IMG/VR virus record: IMGVR_UViG_3300009442_000015
Span: 1-38,061 of that record
DNA: 38,061 bases
Strand: one strand, 5' to 3'
Source: a virus
Lineage: Duplodnaviria > Caudoviricetes
Both the position numbers and the translations under genes were made by a program. The notes beneath the pieces were generated by a model. The model was not told the origin of the DNA. It did no database searches and saw only the letters and a program-made list of their open reading frames with translations. Shown here one piece after another: positions 14,908 to 24,500 of this stretch. Numbering within the stretch: position 1 is the first letter of the stretch; the number at the start of each line of letters is the position of its first letter.

Positions 14908-17900
14908 ATGGACATACAAACTAATTTCATAAAAGGGCGCATGAATAAAAGCGTCGATGAAAGAATACTCCCTATGGGCGAGTATAGAGATGCTCTGAAT
15001 ATACGATTAGGCTCAACTGAGGGTACTACTATTGGAGCGGTAGAGAACACAAAGGGCAATGAGCAAATAACCACACTAGAACATAACGGAACTGCTTTAA
15101 GCGCAAACACTGTCTGTATTGGGGCTTACGAGGACGGGACAACAGAGACTATGTACTGGTTTGTTCACGACCCCACTAGAGGCGTAGACATGGTGGTTTC
15201 CTACAATACTAACATTCAAGCCCTTAACTATCACTTAATCTCTACATCTGTTTTAAACTTTGATCCTAAGTTCTTAGTCACGGGGGTAGACTTAATAGAT
15301 AACTTCTTGTTTTTTACAGACGATTTAAACCCACCAAGGGTTATTGATGTAAATAGACAATACGCCAACTCTTTTACTGAGGCAGACATTAGTGTGTTAC
15401 GACCAGCCCCTATAACATCTCCAACATTTACATTAAAAAATGTAAGCGGGGATGATGATTTTATGGAGACAAACTTTGTTTCGTTTGCGTATCGCTATAA
15501 GTATGAGAACCTTCAGTATAGCGCACTATCTCAGTTTTCAGAAGCGGCATTTTGCCCAGGGCCATACCTTGTCACGTTAGAGATGTATTCAAACACTGGT
15601 ATGCGAAATTTGTTTAACGCTGCCGCTGTTTCTTTTGACACTGGGGGCGCTAGCGTCATAGGCATAGACTTATGTTTTAAGGTAAGCAACACAAACGTAG
15701 TTAATGTAATTCAGAAGTTTAACAAAGAAGAAGAAGGCTGGGCGGACAACACCACTCAGACGGTTGATTTTTCTAACAACAAAGTCTTTACTACCCTAGC
15801 TTCAGATGAGCTTTTACGATTATTTGACAATGTCCCCTTAAAAGCAAAGGCGCAAACAACCATGAGTAACCGTATTTTTTATGGAAACTATGTTGAGGGG
15901 TATGACGTAACAAACCCTAACGGAGAGCCGTTGCTTATAAACTACACTACTGAGATAGTTAGTGAGTCAGCTATAAGTACGGACGAGATTTTATCGGAAG
16001 TTAAAAATGGTGCCACAGCCTATAATGATGGATTTACTAGTCCCGCTTTTACAGTGGCAGGCTCTGCTGCTCAACTTAATTTTACAAATGCAAACCTAGA
16101 GACCGGAGACATAGTTACAATAGAGCTTGGCTTTAAATTTAAACAACAAACCACTACTATATCAGGGTATTCTACACTTACATTTAACACCTTTAGGACT
16201 TCTATAAGTATAACTGTAGACGCTAACTATGCGAATATACAGGCTTGGATTGCTGCAGGAACCACATTCCAAGCAGCTCTTGGTAGTACAACAATGCAAA
16301 ATACGGCTAATCTTTGTCAAGGATTAACTTTTGGAGACAAGTTTGGTTGTGCAATGCCTAATCCTTTTGACGATGTTCAAGGGGTTACAACCCCTTGGAA
16401 TAAGAACGGAACCTTTATTGGAACTGCTCCCAACGGAAGTGGAACCAACAATCAATCTTTTGGAATCACTGTGGTTAATGCTAACGTAATTCAACTGCAA
16501 GCTCCTGCGATGATGTATACTCTTGAAGGGGACAGTAGTATAAAACTTGCCTTCTATTCTGAGGTTGTAGACCCTGTTGTTGGTTATATAAAATCCGATT
16601 TTAATAGGACACTTCATAGCAATAGAGGCTATCAACTAGGAATAGTGTATATGGACGCGCAGGGGAGAAACTCTACTGTGCTAACCTCTGAGACAAATAA
16701 TCAGTTTGTCCCTGTCCGCTCGTCAGAAACTAGGAACTACCTTAAAGCAACAATAAACAACCTTGCGCCACCATGGGCATCTCGATATAAGTTTGCACTG
16801 CAAGCCTCTCAAGGTGATTTTGAAACTATTTACATACAAAGAACAAAAGCTGAAATTGGCGGAGGGGCAGACACCGCTACCTATCTTCCTTTGGAGGGCG
16901 AAAATCAAACAAAGTTTATTATAGGAGACACACTAATATGTAAGGTAGATGGTTTCGGGCCTTTAAATAACCTTGTAGAAGTTGAAGTTTTAGACATATT
17001 CACAAATAATGATGGTCAATTAGTTGCTAAAATAGAAACAGAGGGAAGCATTAGCATAGCGGGAACTATTAATTTCTTGGTATTTGAAACTAAAGCCCCT
17101 AGCGTTGCAGAGGGTATTTTCTATGAAGGGTCTCAGAGTTTTTCTATCACCAATAGATTTCATCAAGGTAACGCTCAAACGCAAACAGGCTCTCAACCAG
17201 CAATTGTTAATTTAGATTTTTTTAACGCATATACTTTTGGAAACGGAGTAGAAGGCTATAAGATTGAGGACTTAATAGCTGGAGATCCCCTAGCTATAGG
17301 GAGTCGAGTTAATGGCGTAAGCGCAGAGGGATATAATCAAACAAGAAATGACTCTAGCTTGACATATAGCGGAGTGTATCAACCCACGACAAATGTCAAT
17401 AATTTAAATGAGTTTAATTTGGCTCTTGTTAATTTTAAAGACTTAGAGCAAAACTTTGGCGCTATTCAAAAGCTTCACTCTAGGGCAACAGACATTTTAG
17501 TTCTTCAAGAGGATAAAATAAGCTATGTTCTAGCGTCTAAAAACCTCATAAGCTCTCCAGGGACAGGTGGAATTATAAGTTCAATACCAGAGGTTATAGG
17601 CAATCAGATTGCAAGAATTGAAGAGTATGGTATTAGTTTAAATCCGGAGAGCTTTACTGCCTATGGTTTTGATCGTTATTTTACTGATGCCAAAAGAGGA
17701 GCAGTTTTAAAATTAACAGGCTCGGGGCCTAGCGAAAAACTAGAGATAATATCTAACTATGGTATGCGTTCTTGGTTTAGGGATAGGTTTATTGAGTATT
17801 TTGATGGACAAAAGCTAGGGGGCTATGACCCATATATGAACGAATATGTATTGTCTATAAAAGACGATGAAGTTGATATGGGTGAGACAACCATTCCTTG

Positions 17901-18189
17901 TGGAGCGCAGATTAATGCAAACGACGCAGTGACTAGAGAGTTTACTGTAGAACTTGGAAATGTGGGGGCAGCGTTAAATACATTTGTTTTAACATATACC
18001 ATTGGAGTAATTGCCACCACAATAGAGTTTCAAGTTACTTATAACGGGGTGGTGTACACAAGCACGAATGTTAGTGCAAGTGGGTCATTTTCAGTCCCTA
18101 AGACAACAAAGTACCCAACGCAGGCAGTTGTTAAGATTATACCTGCGGGAAAAACACAGTATGAACTAACAATAGGATGTGTGTCATGA
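14908..18189 (+). CDS. Tail stabilisation / nozzle protein (P22 gp10-like role), N-terminal major part
   Basis: 1093 aa, beta-rich; starts with FIKGRMNKSVDERILP.GEYRDALNIR; contains FFTDDLNPPR and YFTDAKRGAVL motifs typical of this class. Confidence 0.7.
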   Translation: MDIQTNFIKGRMNKSVDERILPMGEYRDALNIRLGSTEGTTIGAVENTKGNEQITTLEHNGTALSANTVCIGAYEDGTTETMYWFVHDPTRGVDMVVSYNTNIQALNYHLISTSVLNFDPKFLVTGVDLIDNFLFFTDDLNPPRVIDVNRQYANSFTEADISVLRPAPITSPTFTLKNVSGDDDFMETNFVSFAYRYKYENLQYSALSQFSEAAFCPGPYLVTLEMYSNTGMRNLFNAAAVSFDTGGASVIGIDLCFKVSNTNVVNVIQKFNKEEEGWADNTTQTVDFSNNKVFTTLASDELLRLFDNVPLKAKAQTTMSNRIFYGNYVEGYDVTNPNGEPLLINYTTEIVSESAISTDEILSEVKNGATAYNDGFTSPAFTVAGSAAQLNFTNANLETGDIVTIELGFKFKQQTTTISGYSTLTFNTFRTSISITVDANYANIQAWIAAGTTFQAALGSTTMQNTANLCQGLTFGDKFGCAMPNPFDDVQGVTTPWNKNGTFIGTAPNGSGTNNQSFGITVVNANVIQLQAPAMMYTLEGDSSIKLAFYSEVVDPVVGYIKSDFNRTLHSNRGYQLGIVYMDAQGRNSTVLTSETNNQFVPVRSSETRNYLKATINNLAPPWASRYKFALQASQGDFETIYIQRTKAEIGGGADTATYLPLEGENQTKFIIGDTLICKVDGFGPLNNLVEVEVLDIFTNNDGQLVAKIETEGSISIAGTINFLVFETKAPSVAEGIFYEGSQSFSITNRFHQGNAQTQTGSQPAIVNLDFFNAYTFGNGVEGYKIEDLIAGDPLAIGSRVNGVSAEGYNQTRNDSSLTYSGVYQPTTNVNNLNEFNLALVNFKDLEQNFGAIQKLHSRATDILVLQEDKISYVLASKNLISSPGTGGIISSIPEVIGNQIARIEEYGISLNPESFTAYGFDRYFTDAKRGAVLKLTGSGPSEKLEIISNYGMRSWFRDRFIEYFDGQKLGGYDPYMNEYVLSIKDDEVDMGETTIPCGAQINANDAVTREFTVELGNVGAALNTFVLTYTIGVIATTIEFQVTYNGVVYTSTNVSASGSFSVPKTTKYPTQAVVKIIPAGKTQYELTIGCVS

Positions 18190-18926
18190 GTGATTATACT
18201 ATAACATATAGCGAGTCAGTTAAAGGGTTTCCTTCTTTTTACTCTTATATACCTGAGTATATAATGGGAATGAACAATTACCTATATACTTTTAAAGCGG
18301 GTAATTTATACAGGCATAACACAAATGAAGGTAGAAATAAGTTTTACAATGTAAGCTACCCTTCTACAGTGACAAGTGTTTTTAATATAGAGCCTACAGC
18401 ATCTAAAAAATTTAAGACTTTATCCTTAGAGGCAAACAGTCCTTGGGGAGCCGCCTTCAAGACAAACCTAGAGACTGGCGTTATAAACTCAGCGTGGTAT
18501 GACTTAAAAGAGGGAAGCTACTATGCCTCTATAAGGGCGAATGAGTCTCCCGTTAATTTTCACATGAGGTCTGTTGATGGCATAGGCAATGTGACTACAG
18601 TTAGTAATGTGGGGGCTACATACACGCTAGTATTTGCTTTTGCGATAAACCCCATTGTTAGCATTGGCGATAAGATATACAAGGACTTAAATCCAGAATT
18701 GGAGGTTGGTTCCCTAACGGCTGTATCGGCAGACAGAAAGACTCTTACGGTAACTTTAACAGGAACCGCCCCCGCTAATGGCAACTATATTTTTGCCGTT
18801 AAAAACCCACAAGCGGAATCCCAAGGAGTTATGGGATATTATTGTGAGTTCACTTTAACAAACACAAGCACTACCCATGTAGAGCTATTTACTGTAGAGT
18901 CTAGTATATTTAAATCATATCCATGA
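18186..18926 (+). CDS. Tail protein, probably the separated C-terminal part of the stabilisation protein
   Basis: ATGA-coupled start at 18186; TITYSESVKGFPSFYSYIPE...YTFKAGNLYRH and KKFKTLSLE motifs. Confidence 0.55.
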   Translation: MSDYTITYSESVKGFPSFYSYIPEYIMGMNNYLYTFKAGNLYRHNTNEGRNKFYNVSYPSTVTSVFNIEPTASKKFKTLSLEANSPWGAAFKTNLETGVINSAWYDLKEGSYYASIRANESPVNFHMRSVDGIGNVTTVSNVGATYTLVFAFAINPIVSIGDKIYKDLNPELEVGSLTAVSADRKTLTVTLTGTAPANGNYIFAVKNPQAESQGVMGYYCEFTLTNTSTTHVELFTVESSIFKSYP

Positions 18927-18933
18927 TTTTCGT

Positions 18934-18941
18934 TACCTTTG
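18934..18941 (+). promoter_or_regulatory. Bacteroidetes -7 box TACCTTTG
   Basis: TAnnTTTG in the short intergenic gap before the ejection-protein genes. Confidence 0.6.
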
Positions 18942-18963
18942 TATTAACTCAAATTATAAAGTT

Positions 18964-19635
18964 ATGGTAATACCAGGGTATGTTATAAGCGCGGCACTAA
19001 AAGCCGCACCGCAACTTCTAGGAGCAGGAATGAGCTACGCGCAAGCTGCTAGATCAAAAGGATTGATGAGAGAGGCTGAGACCGCGGCACAAAAAGCCAT
19101 AGCTGAAGCTAAAGGTTTTGCCTCTATAAACGAGATGGAAGCGTTGCGCGTCCCTATGGAGGCCTACGAAAATGCTCAAAGGGAAATAACTAGTCAACAA
19201 CAACAAGGGATAGACGCCCTTCAGCAGACAGGCGCTAGAGGTCTTTTAGGCGGCTTAGGCGGCTTACAGGCATTGGCGGTTAATGCAAACCAACAGCAAA
19301 GAGATAAGATAGCTAAAGACTTATATGCAAGAGATGTGGCTGTCGCTCTAAATGAAGAGAGAAATAACAATGAGCTGCAGCTAATTGCAGATACTGAAGC
19401 AGAAGGGGCTCAAGAGGCAGCCGCAATGTATGCTGAAGCGGCCGGACTTGCGAACACATCTGCCAATGAAGCATTAACAGGGGGCCTCAATGCATTTGTT
19501 GGTAACGAACTCCTTAACCCCTTGTTTAAAAACATGGGAGACTTTGACACAAGTTACCTTTTTGGTAGAGGTAAATCAAAAAAAGGAACACGGTCGGCTA
19601 TTCAACAAATGCAAGATAGTTTTGCAAGGTTCTAG
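18964..19635 (+). CDS. Putative small ejection (DNA-transfer) protein
   Basis: 223 aa, Ala/Gln/Gly-rich helices with hydrophobic segments (GLLGGLGGLQALAV); first of three core-protein genes after the tail genes. Confidence 0.55.
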   Translation: MVIPGYVISAALKAAPQLLGAGMSYAQAARSKGLMREAETAAQKAIAEAKGFASINEMEALRVPMEAYENAQREITSQQQQGIDALQQTGARGLLGGLGGLQALAVNANQQQRDKIAKDLYARDVAVALNEERNNNELQLIADTEAEGAQEAAAMYAEAAGLANTSANEALTGGLNAFVGNELLNPLFKNMGDFDTSYLFGRGKSKKGTRSAIQQMQDSFARF

Positions 19636-19663
19636 AATGTATACAACAACTAAGTAAATTTAT

Positions 19664-21565
19664 ATGGCTAAATCGTTTTACAAGTTTAAAAAAAGAGACC
19701 CATTAAAAGCAAATGTTGATTGGGCTGGTATTGGAACGAAATTAAGCAATGACTTAGAAGCTGAATCCGTTAGGCGGCAGGAGAAAAGGGATTTAATTGA
19801 AAAAAATACTCAAGAAACTTTAGACAGTATAGCTAAGGTTAGCGAAAACGCTCCCCTTACTGCTTCTGAATGGGCGTTTGGTGCTACTGATACCATGGCA
19901 TCAGCAACTAATACTGCTTTTCAGCAGATGAAAAACTTAGAGATAACTCCTAGGGAGTTTGCTAAAAAAAGACAGCTTATCCTTAACCAAGCAAAGGGCA
20001 TAAAGAGGAGTATTGATACTTACGCAACAAGAAGGGCCGCAAACGATAAAGCTCTAGCCGATGGTACAGTTTCTGCGCAAACTGTATGGGAGAATAGTCG
20101 TCGTGAAAGAGCAATGTTTTCAGATAATAGCACATACTATATAGACCCAGAAACATACATAGGGTATATTGCTATGAAAGATGAAAATGGACAGGTAATA
20201 ACGGATCCAGACAAGCTTATAAACGTAAACACCCTGTCTATTGATGAAGACATTCAACGAAAATCAATTAACATATCTTCGGAGGTGAGTTCTGCGGTTA
20301 AGATTCTCGCTACAAATGAGTTCTTTACAAAAGCCGGGGCTAAGACAACAAGCGCGTTTTTAAATGATGACTACGTAGGGGCGGAATCTAACGCAATTGA
20401 GTCTATGATGACTGACGATGTAGATGTGGCTCAGATTGTTGTTGAACTAAACTCTGGAGTGAGCAGTGATAACTTTACTTTGAGTAAGGAGATAGCAGAC
20501 TCAGACCCCACAAAGATTTTATTAATTACCGGAGACGACGGAAGAAGAGTTCCCGATGTAGAAAGAAACCTAACTATTGGTAATAAGACGAAGACAGTGC
20601 AACAGTGGGCATTCGATGGTCTTCAAGACAGCGTTAGGGGGGCTATTGAGACTAAAAGACAAGATATAGACCGAACTCAAGCGAGGGCTGAGGGGCTAAG
20701 ACAAGATAATGTGGCTATAGATATAGATAGGATGGAGGATTTCTTTAGTGGAGATCAGGCCACCCTAACGGCTCGAGTTGAACAACAGACCGGAACCAAT
20801 CCAAACATAAAGAAGGTCGAGAGAAGAGAAAATTCACTAGTGTTTACCTACGCTCCAGAAATTAATGGAACTGTTGTTACTGACCCAAAAGATTATCAGA
20901 CTAAAACCATTAGTCTTGTTGATGCGGAGGGTAACCAGATTGACAGAGAGACTTGGATAACTTCTCATGCTGCGTTTATTACCGGTAAGCCTATAAGTAA
21001 AAAAGATATTGCAGACTATATAAATAGAGAGAAAAAGACAGGAAGAGTCTTTAGTGATACCTCATCCAAGGATACGGCTAGTACTTATCTGTTTGACGAT
21101 ACTAGCTTTAATGCGTCAAAGAATCAACTTAAAGAAGATCTAACAGCTATTGATAATACAGTTAGACTATCTAAAGAATTAATTGAAACACTTAATAGCT
21201 TACACCTTCAAACATCAGCGAATAGAGCTCCAAATCCTTTTGTTATAAAGCAGCTTCCTGGCTCAACTACTAGCGATCCAGGGCCACTTGAAATATTTGA
21301 CGCAGTTACACAGAAAAGATATATTGTCAAGCCCGGTAGTCAAGAGCTCGGTAATGCCTTAGAGGAGATTCTAGAATCAAGAAGAAGTTCATCAAGGCAG
21401 GCACAGGGAGGTGGTTTACAGGGGCCTAACTACGGAACTGGCTCAAGTATTAACACAGGTGACGGATCAGGTTTTGGAACAGGTCAAAACGCTAGGGGTG
21501 AGATTGTAAATGCTCCTCAAACTAAGTTTGGGCCTCCTGCTGAGGGGACAGGCGAATTAGATTAA
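19664..21565 (+). CDS. Putative middle ejection/internal virion protein
   Basis: 633 aa; N-terminal VDWAGIG followed by coiled coil, Gly-rich tail; synteny. Confidence 0.5.
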   Translation: MAKSFYKFKKRDPLKANVDWAGIGTKLSNDLEAESVRRQEKRDLIEKNTQETLDSIAKVSENAPLTASEWAFGATDTMASATNTAFQQMKNLEITPREFAKKRQLILNQAKGIKRSIDTYATRRAANDKALADGTVSAQTVWENSRRERAMFSDNSTYYIDPETYIGYIAMKDENGQVITDPDKLINVNTLSIDEDIQRKSINISSEVSSAVKILATNEFFTKAGAKTTSAFLNDDYVGAESNAIESMMTDDVDVAQIVVELNSGVSSDNFTLSKEIADSDPTKILLITGDDGRRVPDVERNLTIGNKTKTVQQWAFDGLQDSVRGAIETKRQDIDRTQARAEGLRQDNVAIDIDRMEDFFSGDQATLTARVEQQTGTNPNIKKVERRENSLVFTYAPEINGTVVTDPKDYQTKTISLVDAEGNQIDRETWITSHAAFITGKPISKKDIADYINREKKTGRVFSDTSSKDTASTYLFDDTSFNASKNQLKEDLTAIDNTVRLSKELIETLNSLHLQTSANRAPNPFVIKQLPGSTTSDPGPLEIFDAVTQKRYIVKPGSQELGNALEEILESRRSSSRQAQGGGLQGPNYGTGSSINTGDGSGFGTGQNARGEIVNAPQTKFGPPAEGTGELD

Positions 21566-21583
21566 TTACTATAATAAAACAAG

Positions 21584-24500
21584 ATGAACGAGTTAGAGAA
21601 GCTTTGGAATGTTTTAAGTAGAGATGGTTTCTACACTAAGTCTTTTGATGAATTTGCTAATCAGACTCAGGACAAATCCTACCAAGATAAAGTGTATGGC
21701 GTTGCCGAAAGGGAAGGCTACTTTACAAAAGGACAAGAGGCTTTTAATGAAAAGTATTTTCTTGGTCAAGATCCTTTAAAAAAAAAAGAAGACTCCGAGT
21801 TGCCTTCCACGCCTCCGCAGGATGGTATGGAATCCACTGCACAAGAGGTGGAAGTCAGTGGCACATCGGCTGGTTCCGCTCCTCAGTCGGGTGAGAAAGA
21901 TACCCTTATTGAAAGAGTTGTAGGCAAAAACATTCCTATAGTATCGGGGTTTGCTGATTTTGTGGGAGACATATATAGGTCTGCTGAACAGGGATATGTG
22001 CAGGGTAACACCGCTGATGAGTCCTATGACTTAATGTTTAAAGGGGCAAACACCTCAGAGAAAGACATTGAAGAGTTCCTTGCAGCTCAAGAAGAGCTAG
22101 CTTCAATGGGTCAGACGGATGAAATGAAGAGGTTTAATGAAGTGTATGATGAGAGTGGTGGAGGTCTTTTTGGATTTATAAAGGGTCTATCTACAGCTCC
22201 GATTTCATTAATGGCTCAGTTAGCTGCACAGACAACAGCACAGATGGTTAACAAAGCTTCCGCTGGAGCCGTTGGGGCAACAGTGGGGACTGGAGCTACT
22301 GCTGGAGCTGTAGGTGGCTCTGCCTTCGGTGGCATAGGCGCAATCCCAGGTGCTATTGGTGGAGCTATTTCATCATTGCCTTTTGCTTTTGGAGCATCAG
22401 GCGCCGCCCTAGAGACAGGAATATCTTTTTCAGAGTTTTTAAGAGAGGAAGTAGAGGCTAAAGGCTTAGATTTTAATAAAGAAAATATTAGTATTGTGCT
22501 TAATGATGCCGACGCCCTACGTCGGATCAGAACAAAGTCTGCAGGAAGAGGCGCTATTATTGGTATAATAGACAGATATTCTGCTGGGCTTGGAGGAAAG
22601 TATATTGGAAAGCTAGCGGCAAAAGGCGCGGGCAAAGGAAAGAGAGCGGCTGTTGCTCTAGGAGCAGAGAGTGTCGGCGGTGGTGTAGGAGAGACTGCGG
22701 CAAGGCTTTTTGCAGGTCAAGACTTAGACGCCAGAGAAATAGGCTTTGAAACCATAGGGGGAGCTGGTAAGGCTCCTCTTACATATGCTTATGGAAAGCT
22801 AGTTAAGCCTGCTCAGTATTTTATAAACGGAGAACAAGTTGGTTTAGATATTTATACTGAGTCTTTAAATGCAGACGACAAGTCTTTTGCAGGAACGACA
22901 TTTGATGTCAAGAATGATCCTGAGCTTAAAAACCAGACGGAAGAAAGGAAAGAAAGGCTAAGATCTCAAAGTGAAATAAATAAAGCCAAACTAAAAGCAG
23001 AGAGCGATGCCATTCAAGAGTCAAGCACAGAGAGCGTGGATGTACAAGAACAAACCACAGTTAGCGAAACAATGGGAGAAGGAGACACCCAAGAACAAAC
23101 CGTTACAGAAGAAGTTGAGCAAGAGTTCACAGAGCCTAGCGGGGAAGCCCAAGTCGAGACGACGCCTGAGATTGAGGCCGAGATAGAAAGCTTAGAGCAG
23201 GCTCTTCCTGAACAAGCAAATAACAATGTAGACGCTCAGCTTCAATTAGATACTGAAGTTACTCCGAAAAAGAAAAAAACCGCTTTGGTTCAAGAGGCGG
23301 TTGAGATGATGGAGGATCCTACAAATCAAACCAAGCTAGAGGAAGAGGCATTTGACGCAACCAACCCAGCGCCCAACGTAAAAACTTATCAGATAGATGT
23401 CAAAGAAAACTCAAAGCTAGCAGCTAAAGTAAAGAGGATGGGGCTGAGTGAGCTTATTGGTAAAAGAGTTAACCTAGTCATGGCAGATCAGCTAAAAGTG
23501 GGTGAAGTTAAAGTAGGTAATAAAAAATTAAAGAGAATGGGAGGGCCTTTCTTCCCTATGATGGAGGAGATGTTCGGTAAGGTTGCTTGGGCTTCTATTG
23601 ACGAAGTTGCGGCTAAAAAAATAATTAACGGTGCTATAAAATCAGATTTTTCTGTGGTATACAACATGAGCCCTAGCGCTGTAGACTCAAATGTTGCTAT
23701 ACTAGAGACTTTTGTAGAGTCTGTAAACGGACTAGACAGCGATACTCAAGATAAAGTTTTTGAGTTGATGAGTGAGAAGCTTAAAACTCAAGAATTCAAA
23801 AAAAGTTCTGTAGAAAAAGTAAGAGGTATTGCGAATAGCGCAAAGAACATTAATGAAATGATGTCTCTTATAAGTGGTCTTGATGTAGATACCAAGGCCG
23901 ATATAATGAAAAAGCTTGTTCCTTCAAAAAATGTACAAGCTGAAACTCAATTAGGAGGGATACTCCAACAGAATAAAATTACAATTGAGGACATACGAGA
24001 TTTAAATATAGAACAGTTTGCATCAGACCTGCCTGCAGGAGCACTAACAACAGTTCTTCAGGTTACTGACAAACAAGGAAACCCAATAACTAAAGAGACG
24101 GCCAGCGAAGCCATTCTAACAAGAGATCAGCAAGAAGCAGAAGGGCTTCCTAAGCATGAAAACTACCCAGTATATATAAGAGGAAAAGCTGTTGGCTTAC
24201 TGAAAGAGACTGTTCCTTTTTGGAATATGTATAAGTCTTCAATGAGCTCTCTTAATGCTAAAGCGGCTGGTCTAGTAAAGAAAAAAGTTGCTGCCACAAA
24301 AACCAAGCCTGCTTCAAAAAGAAATATTACATCAAAAGAGGCTAGGTCAAATGAAATGAGAAGCGCTTCTATGAGCGCTAGTCAGTCTAGAAAATTATCA
24401 TCTCCTGAAACAACCACGAATAAAAAGTTTGTGAGCCTTCTTCAAAGAGCGTTTCCTAACGTGGAAGTTATGTCTAGTCAAGAAGACTTTGATGCTTTGA

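Noticed and set aside
19682-19720. TTTAAAAAAAG run at the start of the 633-aa gene as a frameshift site
   Set aside because: The heptamer is not in X XXY YYZ phase, and the -1 frame stops within about 10 codons.
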